A stretch of 32,000 nucleotides of DNA, taken from the NCBI RefSeq assembly GCF_000014265.1, contig NC_008312.1, positions 4,530,001-4,562,000 of the forward strand, given 5' to 3'. Below are positions 9,721-20,484 of this stretch, piece after piece. Source of the DNA: Trichodesmium erythraeum IMS101 (lineage in GTDB: Bacteria; Cyanobacteriota; Cyanobacteriia; Cyanobacteriales; Microcoleaceae). Position numbers and translations under genes: made by a program. Every line of letters starts with the position of its first letter. Position 1 is the stretch's first letter. The notes beneath the pieces are model-generated. The model was not told the DNA's origin. It did not search any database and saw only the letters and a list, made by a program, of their open reading frames with translations.

Positions 9721-10839
9721 ATAGCAATCCCATATTGGTCGCAACAGATATAATAGTAAGAATAACAGATCTAAGAAAAAGACAAAAAATGAATATTATA
9801 GATAAACTAAATGATTTTATTAATCAAACAAAAGAGTCTAAAGAAATTAAAAGGGCCTTGGCCGTAAAAATGACCTTGTCAGGAAAATCCTACCATGAAG
9901 TCAAAGAATTATTAAATGTTTCTCACAGTTTTATTAGTGAATGGAAAAACCAAGCATTATTTCATGGTGTAGAAAGTTTAAGGCTTCAGTATCAAGGGAG
10001 ACAAGGTTACTTAAAAACGGTCGAAAAAGAGAAAACAATTGAGTGGTTGAGAGCACAAGATTATCTTAGGTTATCAGATTTAAAAAACTACTTACAGGAG
10101 CAATATGATGTGGTTTTTGAGTCTAATCAAAGTTACTATAACTTGTTTAAAGAAGCGGGCATAAGTTGGAAAAAAACTCAAAAAAAGAATCCTGCTAAAA
10201 ATGATGAATTAGTAGAAGTTAAAAGAAAAGAAATACAGGAATTTTTAGCTAAATGGCAACCAGAAATAGAAACTGGAAAGCTTACAGTGTTTATGATTGA
10301 TGAATGTCATCTTCTATGGGGAGACATATTAGGTTATGCTTGGGGAAAAACAGATGAAAGAATAGAAATTGCAATTAAAAATGAAAAAGAAAGACAGACT
10401 TATTATGGAGCTTTAGACTATAAAACCAAGGAATTTCTTGTGCAAGAATATGAGAGTGGAAATACTAAAAATACTATTGAATTTATTAAATATTTGCAGA
10501 AGCAAAGACCGGGCAACAAATTGGCAATATTTTGGGATGGGGCAACTTACCATAACTCTCAAGAATTTCGAGAATATTTAATGACAATTAATCAATACTT
10601 ATCAGAAGAAGAATTGTTGATAAATTGTACAAGATTTGCTCCCAATGCTCCGGAGCAAAATCCTGTTGAAGATATTTGGTTACAAACCAAAAATTTCAGT
10701 ATTACTTTTTATCATCTTTGCAGTTCTTTTAAAGTAGTTAAGTGGCTATTTAAGTTTTTTGCGGATGGTCAAATATTCAATTTCCCAAAACTTTTTCAGT
10801 ATGAAATTTTGCCGCAACCTACTTAGGATTGCTATATAT
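9717..10839 (+). mobile_element. IS630-family insertion sequence, apparently intact
   Basis: Terminal inverted repeats atatatagcaatcc (9717-9730) and ggattgctatatat (10826-10839), with weaker pairing further inward. The flanks are TA-rich, consistent with TA target duplication, so the exact ends are ambiguous by 2-3 nt. It carries one uninterrupted transposase ORF. Confidence 0.85.
9789..10826 (+). CDS. IS630-family DDE transposase
   Basis: The track ORF starts at TTG 9735. The in-frame ATG at 9789 (MNIIDKLNDF...) is the likelier start. It has an N-terminal HTH-like region, then the acidic motifs MIDECHLLWGD, IFWDGATYHNS and APEQNPVEDIW. Confidence 0.85.
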   Translation: MNIIDKLNDFINQTKESKEIKRALAVKMTLSGKSYHEVKELLNVSHSFISEWKNQALFHGVESLRLQYQGRQGYLKTVEKEKTIEWLRAQDYLRLSDLKNYLQEQYDVVFESNQSYYNLFKEAGISWKKTQKKNPAKNDELVEVKRKEIQEFLAKWQPEIETGKLTVFMIDECHLLWGDILGYAWGKTDERIEIAIKNEKERQTYYGALDYKTKEFLVQEYESGNTKNTIEFIKYLQKQRPGNKLAIFWDGATYHNSQEFREYLMTINQYLSEEELLINCTRFAPNAPEQNPVEDIWLQTKNFSITFYHLCSSFKVVKWLFKFFADGQIFNFPKLFQYEILPQPT

Positions 10840-10900
10840 TGTCTTTGCATAAGTCCTGATATTAATAGAAAAGAGTTTCATAAGAAAAAGGTACGGAATA

Positions 10901-11977
10901 TTAATACTCAATTCTAGGAATTGATAATATTTTTGGTCTTAAAGCCTCTGGACTAATACCTGCCTTATGAGCAACTAACACCCCCAAGGCTTCTAAATAT
11001 GAATTTACCTCCAGCGCCTTGATCCCCAACTTTTCAGGTGATACCTGCATATAGGTTTTATTTTCTTTGACGGCAATAATTTGTGCTTTAGTTTGACTGA
11101 AACTTATCACCGCACTACCTCCACAAGCTGTCGCAGGTACAACCACCGCATCAACTTGTTCTGCCCAGATGCTGTTAGGAAGTGCCAAACCATCTCTGAA
11201 TGTGACTAACTGTGGCGCACGACTCAAACCAACTAAAACACAAGGCAAAAACGTATAACCCATTTCTTCCGCGGCAGACCGGGGTGATAAGTTAGGGTCT
11301 AGAGGTAGGGGTAATAAAGCAGGAGCATGAGCACAGGGTATTTGAAAAGTTTTGACAATTAAATGACTAATAACCGCCTCTGCTCCTGCCAGAGGGTCAA
11401 CTCCTTGACCATAACGATATTCTTGCAATGCTGTACTACCTTCGTCATCCGGAAATCTAGCAACAACAGCGATCGCCTCTGCCTTTCCTTTGTGAATTAG
11501 GGTATATGCTGCTCGTAGCAAGCTATCAGGATTAGCTATTGTGCCCCAGGACGCCCCAGACTCAGACTTTCGTAGTTGTACTCCTAATGGCAAGTCAGTC
11601 ACAATGTAATCTGTAAGATTTAGACCTAAAGTTGCTCTCGTAGCATCGGCAGCTTGTAAATGGCGCAGTTGTAATTCTGGCTCAATGGCCTGGTCAAGGA
11701 TTAAACCCACTCGGTTTTGATGTACTGGTTGTAAGCCATACCATCCTTGAGCAAATTTGTCAATAGCATACCCTTCTACATAGAGAGCATTAGGTAATGA
11801 CCAATAAAGTTGTGCCCCATTGAGAACATTAGGGTGAGTTATCAGAAGATCGCAGGTTTGTGCGATCGCTCGTGCTACTGGCAAACCATCACCAGCATAA
11901 CCCCCAATAGATGCACCGATACCAGTGGGTATAATTAAGACTACTGTATAAGGACGTGGTGTCAAGTTAAAAGTCAA
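10901..11977 (-). CDS. DUF3326 domain-containing protein (conserved cyanobacterial/plastid-lineage protein)
   Basis: 358 aa. The N-terminus PYTVVLIIPTGIGASIGGYAGDGLPVARA is the hallmark of this family. The track start is TTG. Confidence 0.8.
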   Translation of the reverse strand: MTFNLTPRPYTVVLIIPTGIGASIGGYAGDGLPVARAIAQTCDLLITHPNVLNGAQLYWSLPNALYVEGYAIDKFAQGWYGLQPVHQNRVGLILDQAIEPELQLRHLQAADATRATLGLNLTDYIVTDLPLGVQLRKSESGASWGTIANPDSLLRAAYTLIHKGKAEAIAVVARFPDDEGSTALQEYRYGQGVDPLAGAEAVISHLIVKTFQIPCAHAPALLPLPLDPNLSPRSAAEEMGYTFLPCVLVGLSRAPQLVTFRDGLALPNSIWAEQVDAVVVPATACGGSAVISFSQTKAQIIAVKENKTYMQVSPEKLGIKALEVNSYLEALGVLVAHKAGISPEALRPKILSIPRIEY

Positions 11978-12249
11978 AAGTCAGAAGTTAAAAATTGATT
12001 ATTGTAGTGGACTAACACATCTAAAATATTGCAATAGTAGTGGTGGGTTCTAGTTTCAATTAGTGAGTTTAACCATCAGATTAAATAAACCGACCCCAAA
12101 ATCTAGGATAGTTATTTAGGGCTAAAACCTATAAGTGGTTGTGCAAAATTAATTACAAATTTACACAAGCTGAATTCTTGGCCTTCTAAAAAGCACAGAT
12201 AATTAAAATAGGTAAATAATTTTCCTGAGGTACTTCTCATGTTTCTTGA

Positions 12250-12337
12250 AATACTTAACTATGGAAAAATTTTAGGTAATTGGGAGCAATTGATGTTATA
12301 AAAACATTTTTATTATGGCTAATTAATGAGACTTGAT
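12250..12337 (+). mobile_element. Solo right-end relic of the second IS630 type
   Basis: ggctaattaatgagacttgata (12316-12337) matches the right TIR ggttaattaatatgacttgata at 29001-29022. The roughly 60 nt before it align loosely with the 3' end of that element. Confidence 0.5.
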
Positions 12338-12520
12338 ATTAGACAGTGAAAGCTATCTATAGGGGTTTTAATATCAATATTCTACCTAAATTTAAGAGTA
12401 CATAAGTGCATAAGTTTCAAAATCTCTGTCTTATTTGAATAATAAAAACTGCTATAAAATCTTTCTATACTTATCATTGAATATGTGTAATACTAGTTTC
12501 TATACATTAACACTATACTA

Positions 12521-12635
12521 TATACTAATCCTAAATAATTTTGAATATAAATCAGGTATCATGGAAAAGTACAATTGTTGAGTTTATATGATTTTACATA
12601 TTATACTTTCTCTAATATAATAATAGATTGCTATA
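12521..12635. mobile_element. MITE-like element with IS630-like ends (TATACTAATCC ... GATTGCTATA), copy 1
   Basis: It shares long blocks with 24249..24352: ctatactaatcctaaat[a/g]attttgaa[t/g]ataaat.., and tactttctctaatat..at.gat?tgcta. The ends resemble the TIR of the resident IS630 (TATAGCAATCC). Confidence 0.55.
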
Positions 12636-13238
12636 GACTATACTTTAGTTCTTAAGTAATTAACACAAAGGGAATAACCTTTTTGCAAAATTCAGCTTTG
12701 TCAGTGTTGAAATTTGTCGTCATGTCACAACATATAGATTTATCTCAAATCAACTGTGTAGAGTCTCTTGAAGTCAGTATATAAATCTTATCATATAGCT
12801 AGTTTTTTTTCATTCCTACCTACTTAACCCTAAGTTAATGTTAATTATTCTTATGTTGTAGGAAAGTTTTATGCAACGTCCAACAGAGAGGCATGGAGGT
12901 TGTATAAAACTTCCCTAGCTACTCTCCCTCCAAAATCTACATTAGGGGTGAGTCCTCTAGTCAACAAAATGTAGAAAAGTTGTGAAGAAATGGTACTATT
13001 TATATCCAATACAGGCAAGATGCCTGTACTACAAATAAAATTATTTTTCTCAGCTGTGGGTTTCATCAAGGGTTAGGCACTATTGTAGGCCATATCCTTA
13101 TGTAGATAGGTCTAAAATTAGTAGGTACTTTGGCTTGTTTTACAAAACATAAAACTAATTAAAATTAATGAGACAAATTGTTTATAGTAAGAGAGTTTAT
13201 TTTTCACTAAAAAGAAAAAACATTATTGGAAAAATTAA

Positions 13239-14114
13239 TTAATGTTTATGAAACCTAATTCCTAAAAAAACATCGTAAAGAAAACTCCAAAAGTTTTTTC
13301 CTTGCAAGAGTCCCAAAGATTGAGGAGAGCCTTTAACATCTAAAAGTGGTTTCATTGCCTCATAAGCAGGTTTGTAATTATACCAAGGGATAGAAGGCCA
13401 TAGATGATGAATTAAGTGATAGTTTTGTCCACAAATCAGGATATTGAGAATAGGACTGGGATAAACTCTAGCGTTGTGCCAGCGATCGCGCTCTTGAAAG
13501 GGGCGGTGAGGCAAATAATCAAAGAATAACCCTAGAGCTATACCTACCACCAAAGCGGGGCAAAACCAGAAATTCAAAATATAGCCCAGAAAACCATAAT
13601 AGATAGATAACCCTACAATAATAAAGACTACTAAGCGACTGAAAAACCATTCCCATAGCTCAAACTTTCGCCACAGTCGTCTTTTAAAAAAGAATATTTC
13701 ATGGTAAAAAAAACGAGCTGCAATTAGCCATAGTGGCCCACCAGTAGAAACGAAATGATCTGGGTCATTTTCTGGATCGTTAACGTGAGCATGATGTTGT
13801 AGATGTACTCGTGTAAATACTGGAAAAGCAAAACCTAAAAGTAAAGCACTCCCATGACCTAAAATAGCATTAATTAAACGGTCTTTGTGAGCCGAATTAT
13901 GGGACGCATCGTGAATGACTGTTCCTGCCATATGTAAGGCTACTACATTCATTAAGAAGCAGCACCAGCCAGGAAAGTGCCAGTAAAAGTAACCACAGGT
14001 TGAGAAAATTACTATTCCTAAAGCACTCAAAAACATTAGTAAGTTAGTATTTAAGCCTCCAGATGAGTGAAGTAACTCTCTTGGGACTGTTATTTGCACT
14101 CCTGCCTCTAACAT
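13239..14114 (-). CDS. crtR: Beta-carotene hydroxylase, fatty-acid-desaturase superfamily (CrtR-type)
   Basis: 291 aa membrane protein with the three His boxes HDASHNSAH, HLQHHAHVN and HLIHHLWPSIPWY. AAGGAG RBS about 12 nt upstream of the ATG. The overall pattern matches my recollection of cyanobacterial CrtR rather than the CrtW ketolase. Confidence 0.75.
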   Translation of the reverse strand: MLEAGVQITVPRELLHSSGGLNTNLLMFLSALGIVIFSTCGYFYWHFPGWCCFLMNVVALHMAGTVIHDASHNSAHKDRLINAILGHGSALLLGFAFPVFTRVHLQHHAHVNDPENDPDHFVSTGGPLWLIAARFFYHEIFFFKRRLWRKFELWEWFFSRLVVFIIVGLSIYYGFLGYILNFWFCPALVVGIALGLFFDYLPHRPFQERDRWHNARVYPSPILNILICGQNYHLIHHLWPSIPWYNYKPAYEAMKPLLDVKGSPQSLGLLQGKNFWSFLYDVFLGIRFHKH

Positions 14115-14499
14115 TATTATTTTTACTCCTTAATATTAATTAACATTTATTTTCGTAGCATAGGTTAAATACAAATTTTTGTAAATGTATGTAAAGCAAT
14201 ATTAAGTAATATAGTATGATTATTATTTTTGTCAAGAGAGAAAATCAAAAAAGTTAAGGATGAACCCCATACCTTTAACAGAGAAAAATATTTTTATTGT
14301 GGCTAACTCATTGAACTTTTTTCCAGAAGTAAAATATATTCACAACAATTTCTGTAAGTATAGGAGGTTATACCTAAGTTTACCCCCAGACAAATTTTAT
14401 AGCAGTTCTTAAATCTATGAGTTACAATTCATACATTAGCGCATTTTTTTAGTTATCCTTTATAAAAAACTTCTAAAACCCTCTTCTGAAGTGGGGGAA

Positions 14500-14650
14500 A
14501 GGAAGATGGCGGGATAATGATCGCAAAATTAAGTGGGCAGCTATATCGCTCCTTGGGACTTGAATGACTTAATCATTTCATCGAATGCTTTGCTCTCTGC
14601 ATTACCTAATCTTTCAACACGGCTTATTCATAGTATATTCTTCTCCTACA
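14500..14650 (+). pseudogene. Short relic of an IS4-type transposase C-terminus (YRxRWxIE region)
   Basis: Reads MIAKLSGQLYRSLGLE*LNHFIECFALCIT*. Compare FSAEQVCQLYRSR*.. at about 22375-22420. Both resemble the (a)eqi..lYr.RW.IE.lFk.lK motif. Weak call. Confidence 0.3.
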
Positions 14651-15211
14651 TGAATATCCAGGAAAATCATGTATGTAAATGAGACCAAGATTTAATAACA
14701 TTGTCTGTCATTTGAGTAATGTTTTGGCATTTACTTTCTCCCTACAGTCCCCCTAAAGAAGAACGATAACCTTTCTTTTGAACCAAATTTTTCCAGAAGT
14801 TACCATATTTATAAAACCATTTTTAGTCGGGATAGATGTAAAACAGACTACCTTTATTTAATTCACGGAACAGGTATTTTTAGGTATAGGTCAAGCTAGA
14901 TGATGGATATCAACTAATTTAGTTCATTTTTTCCAAAAGTCCAGCTAATAAAACGTAATATGAGATATCAATATTACCCATGAATATAATAACTAATAAA
15001 TTAGAAAATTATGTCAAATTAGAACTTGCCCTAGAAGTTGACTAGCATATGTATTTTTAGCATTTGTGTGCTGAGTACTTCTTTTATGTTTATTTGTTAA
15101 ATAAATCTGAAATTTTTTTTTTTATGACTATTTCTGGCGTAATTACTATCATAAATAATTAAAAATCAAGATATTTATCCTACTTCACCTATCTACTAAT
15201 ACCCTAAACTC

Positions 15212-16975
15212 ATGGAACTACAAAATTATCTGCGTCGCACTAAAATAGTAGCCACTATTGGCCCAGCCACAATTAAGCCTGATGTACTTCGGGAGCTAAT
15301 TAAAGCTGGTGCTACAACCCTGCGACTCAACTTTTCTCATGGAACTCATGAAGATCATCAGAATAGTATTCGCCTTATCCGGCAAACCTCTTTTGAGCTG
15401 AATCAAACGGTGGCTATTCTACAGGATCTTCAAGGACCAAAAATTAGATTAGGAAAATTTGAAACAGGCTCAATATCTTTAGAGGATGGAGACCCTTTTA
15501 TTTTGACGAGTCACTTGAAATTAGGAACTCAAAAAATTTCTTCTGTAACTTATGAACCTTTGGCAGATGAAGTGCCGGAAGGGGCAAAAATTCTCCTTGA
15601 TGATGGCAAAGTAGAAATGTTAGTGGAGAAAGTAGATAAAACAGAGAAAGAACTACATTGTCGTGTTGTAGTCGGTGGTACTCTTTCTAATAATAAAGGT
15701 GTTAACTTTCCGGGAGTTTATCTGTCAATTAAAGCACTGACAGACAAAGACAGAAAAGATTTAATGTTTGGTCTTGACCAAGGAGTAGACTGGGTAGCGC
15801 TTAGTTTTGTTCGTAACCCCCAGGATGTTATAGAGATTAAACAATTAATTGCTAATGCGGGGAAAAAGGTTCCTGTAATTGCTAAAATAGAAAAGCACGA
15901 AGCTATCGAACAAATGGAAGAAATTTTGGCTTTGTGTAATGGGGTGATGGTTGCCCGTGGTGACTTGGGGGTGGAGTTACCTGCAGAGGAGGTACCTCTG
16001 TTACAAAAACGACTAATTTCTACTTCTAACAGGATGGGAATACCTGTAATTACTGCTACCCAAATGTTAGATAGTATGGTGAATAACCCCCGCGCTACTC
16101 GTGCCGAAATTTCTGATGTGGCAAATGCAATTATTGATGGTACTGATGCTGTCATGTTATCAAATGAGACAGCAGTGGGTAAGTATCCTGTGGAAGCTGT
16201 AACAACAATGGCAACTATCGCCAAACGCATTGAGCAAGAAGTTATTACTTGCAACGTTTCGAGTATGAATGATACAGGTCATTCTATTCCCAATGCTATT
16301 AGTCATGCAGTTAGTCAGATTGCACAAGAGTTAGATGCAGCAGCTATTATGAGTCTGACAAAAACCGGTGCAACAGCACGCAATGTATCTAAGTTTCGAC
16401 CAAAAACTCCTATTTTAGCAGTGACTCCCCATGTGGATGTGGCGCGACAGTTACAACTTGTATGGGGAGTGAAACCACTATTAGTATTGGATTTACCTTC
16501 TGCAGGTCAGACTTTCCAATCAGCCATTAATGTAGCTCAGGAAAACGAGTTATTGGTTGATGGAGATTTAGTAGTTATGACTGCGGGTACTTTACAAGGC
16601 ATAGCAGGTTCAACAGATTTAATTAAAGTTGAGGTTGTAACTGCAGTTTTGGGTCAAGGTACTGGAGTTGGTCAAGGTTCTGTGAGCGGTCGTGCTCGGG
16701 TTGCTCGTAATTCGACGGAGGTTCGGGATTTTAACCATGGAGAAATTTTGGTGGTTAATCAGACAAATGCTGAGTTTGTGGAGGCAATGCAAAAAGCTTC
16801 TGGAGTGGTGACGGAAGAGGATAGTGTTACCAGTCATGCTGCAGTTATTGGTTTACGTTTGGGGTTGCCAGTGATCGTGGGAGTGAAGAATGCGACTAAT
16901 GTAGTTCGGGATGGAACAATTTTGACGTTGGATGCTCAAAGAGGTATGGTTTACTCTGGAACTAATCGAAGGTAA
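15212..16975 (+). CDS. pyk: Pyruvate kinase with C-terminal PEP-utilizer (mobile) domain
   Basis: 587 aa. Shows RRTKIVATIGPA, NFSHG, KIEKHEAI, MVARGDLGVE and MLSNETA, followed by a roughly 100-aa tail (..GxAxV.....F..GEILV...T......AMQKASGVVTEEDSVTSHAAVIGLRLGLPVIVG) typical of the extended cyanobacterial form. Confidence 0.92.
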   Translation: MELQNYLRRTKIVATIGPATIKPDVLRELIKAGATTLRLNFSHGTHEDHQNSIRLIRQTSFELNQTVAILQDLQGPKIRLGKFETGSISLEDGDPFILTSHLKLGTQKISSVTYEPLADEVPEGAKILLDDGKVEMLVEKVDKTEKELHCRVVVGGTLSNNKGVNFPGVYLSIKALTDKDRKDLMFGLDQGVDWVALSFVRNPQDVIEIKQLIANAGKKVPVIAKIEKHEAIEQMEEILALCNGVMVARGDLGVELPAEEVPLLQKRLISTSNRMGIPVITATQMLDSMVNNPRATRAEISDVANAIIDGTDAVMLSNETAVGKYPVEAVTTMATIAKRIEQEVITCNVSSMNDTGHSIPNAISHAVSQIAQELDAAAIMSLTKTGATARNVSKFRPKTPILAVTPHVDVARQLQLVWGVKPLLVLDLPSAGQTFQSAINVAQENELLVDGDLVVMTAGTLQGIAGSTDLIKVEVVTAVLGQGTGVGQGSVSGRARVARNSTEVRDFNHGEILVVNQTNAEFVEAMQKASGVVTEEDSVTSHAAVIGLRLGLPVIVGVKNATNVVRDGTILTLDAQRGMVYSGTNRR

Positions 16976-17399
16976 TCAGTTATCAGTTTCTGATGCCAGG
17001 ATCGGAGTAGCAATCAAAAAGTATATGCTTTGTACTAGGGTAAGAGCGATTTCTATCTTATTGCTCAAGCTCTATTACAAGCTTTAGTTATAACTCTTTA
17101 ACCGAATAAAATATTATAGCACTACGTTAATTGGTTAGGATATATAATTACTACTAATTAATTAAACTATAAGAAAGACTATGTCTGCACCCTATAGCCA
17201 GACAAAACACATCTAATTTTTTTGACAAATGACCAAGTCAGAATATAATTTAAGAATAGGCTCTGGGAGCATATTGGATACTTCCTAAAATAAATACGAA
17301 CGCTATCAACAATTATAACCATCAAAAAAAGCTCAACAATAATTAACATTGTTACATACAAATAGGCTTTTAGGAGTCGGTGAGTTGAGCTATGAACGA

Positions 17400-18079
17400 T
17401 AAGGAACAGGAATATCTTTCCAATCAAGATCATTAATCAGTAAACCGACAGAATATTTCAATATTTCCACCGACTTGTGACTTACACAAAGTTTTTCGGT
17501 GTAGCCTAGCTAAATAGTTCCTAACTCTTGTGTTTTCTCTTTCGACTATGGTCATATACGTTTTACTAATAATCTGATTCCATTTGAGTTTAACTGTGGA
17601 TATACTTTCCACCCATCAGCTCACATAGAAATAACAGTTCTACTTTTCGACCTGTGCTCATAAGGGTTCAAAGGTTTCTGCAATGTGCTCTCCAATCACC
17701 CACTCCAAAATACCTCTGTTAAAATGATCTACAGCGTTCCAGATCCAAATCTTGTTTTTTTTCTCCAGTTCATCTAATTCTCCTACCTGGGGAGTCCTAG
17801 GGAGGAGAATAACTGTTAGGTAATAACTCACCCACTTGTTTAATTCAATTGATTATGGTATTGTAATGATTTTTTTTAAGAAAGAGCGATCGCTCTTTAC
17901 CCAATTCCATTAACATACATTGTCAAACATTCATATTTAAATTCATCAGAATAACCCTGCGCTAATTGATAATTATCAATAAATTGGTGAGAAGAATTAA
18001 CACAGATGTAGTTTTGTTTCCCTTGTCGATATATTCCGTTTTTGCGGATATTATCAGATCTACATTCTCGGTATTCCAT
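17400..18079 (-). pseudogene. IS1-family transposase relic (InsA-like ORF retained, InsB part broken)
   Basis: ORF 17897..18079 (MEYRECRSDNIRKNGIYRQGKQNYICVNSSHQFIDN..GYSDEFKYECLTMYVNGIG) is the IS1 zinc-finger/HTH part. Downstream on the minus strand I read KKNKIWIWNAVDHFNRGILEWVIGEH..., YPQ..., SKTYMTIVERENTRVRNYLARLHRKTLC, all with stops and frameshifts. Confidence 0.65.
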
Positions 18080-18399
18080 GATTTGAGACTATAGAGTTAA
18101 AATTTATTTTAATAATACATTAACTCATATCTTGATTCACCAACGATAGCTTTTAAATTAGAAAGTTATGAATGATAATTGTTATCTAAATACTCTCAAT
18201 ATTTAACAATAAAAGTTCTGAAAAAAAGAGTATTTATGAATATTTTAGTAAATTATAAGACCCCAGATTTGAGAGAACAAAACACCAGAAATTAATTGAT
18301 GTTATTACAATTATATTTGTGATGTAATTTGTGTCACGGATACCTGGATAGATATAGAATTTTTAGGTAAATCTAAAAGTGAATAGCTAAATTTTTTTT

Positions 18400-18600
18400 G
18401 AGAACTGCCTAATGGAACTCCATCTCACCATAAAGCTTGGGCGAGTTTTTGCAAGTCTTGAGCCTATTAATTACAGCAATGTTTTTTGCCATTTAAGTCA
18501 TTAAGTCAAATAACTGAAGTAGAAATAATAGCAATTGATGGTAAAACTCTCAACAGGGTTTGGTTAATGTATAAGATCATTGGAAGCTTGTGCTACAATT
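18400..18600 (+). pseudogene. ISAs1-family (H-repeat-associated) transposase fragment
   Basis: Reads LPNGTPSHHKAWASF... then ...VEIIAIDGKTLNR.., resembling fPnGiPShDTf.RVF and iaIDGKtlrgS of ISAs1 transposases. Only about 60 codons, with stops. Confidence 0.45.
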
Positions 18601-18635
18601 ACATAAAAATTATTTTACAAATATCTTAATCACCG

Positions 18636-19673
18636 ATGACTCAATCTTTCAAAACTCCTACTCAAACTCCTCTCCTTGGTTTATCCTTAGCTAAGTTAAC
18701 TGAGTGGGTGCAACAACAGGGACAACCTGCTTATCGAGGTAAACAACTATATCAATGGATTTATCAAAAAGGGGCTAAGTCTCTTGCAGATATTACTGTA
18801 TTTTCCAAACAATGGCGTGAGGAAATTAGTAATTTTCCTATTGGTCGTTCTGTCATACATCATCGCTCTGTTGCTCCAGATGCTACAGTTAAATATTTGC
18901 TAAAATTATCAGATGGCAATATAATTGAAACTGTGGGTATTCCTACTTATAAACGCTTAACTGTTTGTGTTTCTTCTCAGGTTGGCTGTCCAATGGCCTG
19001 TGATTTTTGTGCTACTGGTAAGGGTGGTTTTAGCCGTAACCTAGAAGCACATGAAATTATCGATCAAGTACTAACGGTGCAAGAAGATTTTGAGCGACGG
19101 GTCAGCCATATCGTGTTTATGGGAATGGGGGAACCTCTGCTGAATACTAAAAATGTTTTGGCTGCAGTTAGGTCTCTGAATCAAGATTTAGGTATTGGGC
19201 AACGTTTGATAACTATCTCGACTTCGGGGATTCGTGATCGCATCCGGCAATTAGCTCAACATAAATTGCAGGTGACCCTTGCTGTTAGTCTTCATGCTTC
19301 TAATCAAAGATTGCGGGAACATCTGATTCCTAGTGCTAAGTTTTATCCTTTAGCTGATTTGATATCAGAATGCCGTGAATATGTCAAGATAACAAAGCGG
19401 AGAATTAGTTTTGAATATATTTTGTTAGCAAGTTTTAATGATTTACCAGATCATGCTAGAGAATTAGCAAAAAATATGCGTGGGTTTCAGTGTCATGTTA
19501 ATTTAATTCCTTATAATCCTATTAGTGAAGTTGATTATCAACGACCTACTCAGGAGATGATAAAAACTTTTGCTAATGCTTTGGCAGAACAAAATATTGC
19601 AGTTAGCATTCGTTATTCCCGTGGTCTAGAAGCTAATGCAGCTTGTGGACAATTACGGGCTTCGCGGGTTTAA
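18636..19673 (+). CDS. rlmN: Dual-specificity 23S rRNA/tRNA adenine-C2 methyltransferase, radical SAM
   Basis: 345 aa. Shows [11 protein letters not shown] at the N-terminus, the radical-SAM cluster [20 protein letters not shown], and the C-terminal catalytic ...AACGQLR. Confidence 0.92.
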   Translation: MTQSFKTPTQTPLLGLSLAKLTEWVQQQGQPAYRGKQLYQWIYQKGAKSLADITVFSKQWREEISNFPIGRSVIHHRSVAPDATVKYLLKLSDGNIIETVGIPTYKRLTVCVSSQVGCPMACDFCATGKGGFSRNLEAHEIIDQVLTVQEDFERRVSHIVFMGMGEPLLNTKNVLAAVRSLNQDLGIGQRLITISTSGIRDRIRQLAQHKLQVTLAVSLHASNQRLREHLIPSAKFYPLADLISECREYVKITKRRISFEYILLASFNDLPDHARELAKNMRGFQCHVNLIPYNPISEVDYQRPTQEMIKTFANALAEQNIAVSIRYSRGLEANAACGQLRASRV

Positions 19674-19882
19674 AATCAGTTATTAGTTATGGCAGTATGT
19701 AAATAAGTTAGGACATTTATAAATACTCAAACTCAGTCAAAAATTACTTCTGATTTCTGATATTAAGTTTCGTATCATCGGTGTTATTGTTATGAGCGTT
19801 GGGGGTAATGAGTTAGTGAAGTTTGGTATCAGGTTGGGCAAGCTAAACCTCTATAAAAGACATAATCTAAAATTTTGGTAGA

Positions 19883-19916
19883 TCAGGACTTACGCAAAGA
19901 CACTATATATAGTGCA
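19883..19916 (+). repeat. TCAGGACTTA-type dispersed repeat, partial copy
   Basis: tcaggacttacgcaaagacactatatatagtgc matches the first half of the copy at 8239. Confidence 0.4.
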
Positions 19917-20040
19917 TGATAAAAAAGCGCGATCTTTACTATAGTTTTATGCGCACCTGGCGATACGCCACGCGGAGCAAACGCTTAACTACTTTAATTC
20001 AAAAACACTTTAGTTACTGGACAGTACAAAGTTCTCGGTA

Positions 20041-20072
20041 GAAAAAAATATTCCCCGCTAAAAGTCGGGGAA
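20041..20072 (-). terminator. Intrinsic-terminator-like hairpin (minus-strand sense)
   Basis: On the minus strand it reads ttccccg-acttttag-cggggaa followed by tatttttttc, a 7-bp GC-containing stem plus a T tract. No intact minus-strand gene lies upstream of it. Confidence 0.35.
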
Positions 20073-20101
20073 TCGTGCATACTGGTTAATGATTCTTAAA
20101 T

Positions 20102-20484
20102 TTGACCAGCTCTAATACTTTCAGGATGCACGTAATACGTTGTCTAGAGCCAATCTTGACCAACTTACGTCCAGTGTTTAGTAGTCATGCTACTTATGAA
20201 TGTTTCGTTATACGTACGAATTTGGGGAATTCTTTTATGCAACCAACATCAGGCAGTTATGAGTTATCGACTTACTGTGGGACTAACACAACATTACTAC
20301 ACCTAAACTTTGCACTGGTTCCATTCCCAGGGTGATTAGTGCCCAAAAATTATCCACCATGTAGAATGAATGTCTAGTTTGTAGTTAGAACTTATCCATA
20401 CTGGTAGCTATATCATCCTTGATGCTTATTTTGCTTCTAAAGAGTTGATTAAAGAGTTGAGGATTTACTTGCGACACTTAATTA
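20102..20484 (+). pseudogene. IS4/IS701-type DDE transposase relic, part 1 (interrupted by the nested IS at 20485)
   Basis: Reads ..RCLEPILTNLRPVFSSHATYECFVIRTNLGNSF... and then, in another frame, IILDAYFASKELIKELRIYLRHLI. The family assignment is tentative. Confidence 0.5.

Noticed and set aside
8156-9734. Possible CRISPR array or replication origin in the long AT-rich ORF-free spacer.
   Set aside because: I could find no regularly spaced direct repeats of 25-40 nt. Only a single near-consensus DnaA-box-like word is present (tgtggaaac at about 8683), with no cluster and no dnaA/dnaN neighbour. TTGACA-like words are expected by chance at this composition.
12869-13069. 66-aa minus-strand ORF in the DUF3326-crtR spacer.
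   Set aside because: It has no RBS or family resemblance. It spans a perfect hairpin (tacaggca-aga-tgcctgta, about 13012-13030) of the kind found in cyanobacterial short repeats, and it adjoins a partial TCAGGACTTA-family copy. It is most likely repeat-derived.
17179-17433. 84-aa minus-strand ORF downstream of pyk.
   Set aside because: It is very AT-rich with an Ile/Leu/Phe-dominated sequence and no recognisable motif. It abuts the C-terminal end of the IS1 relic and is probably a chance ORF in IS flank.
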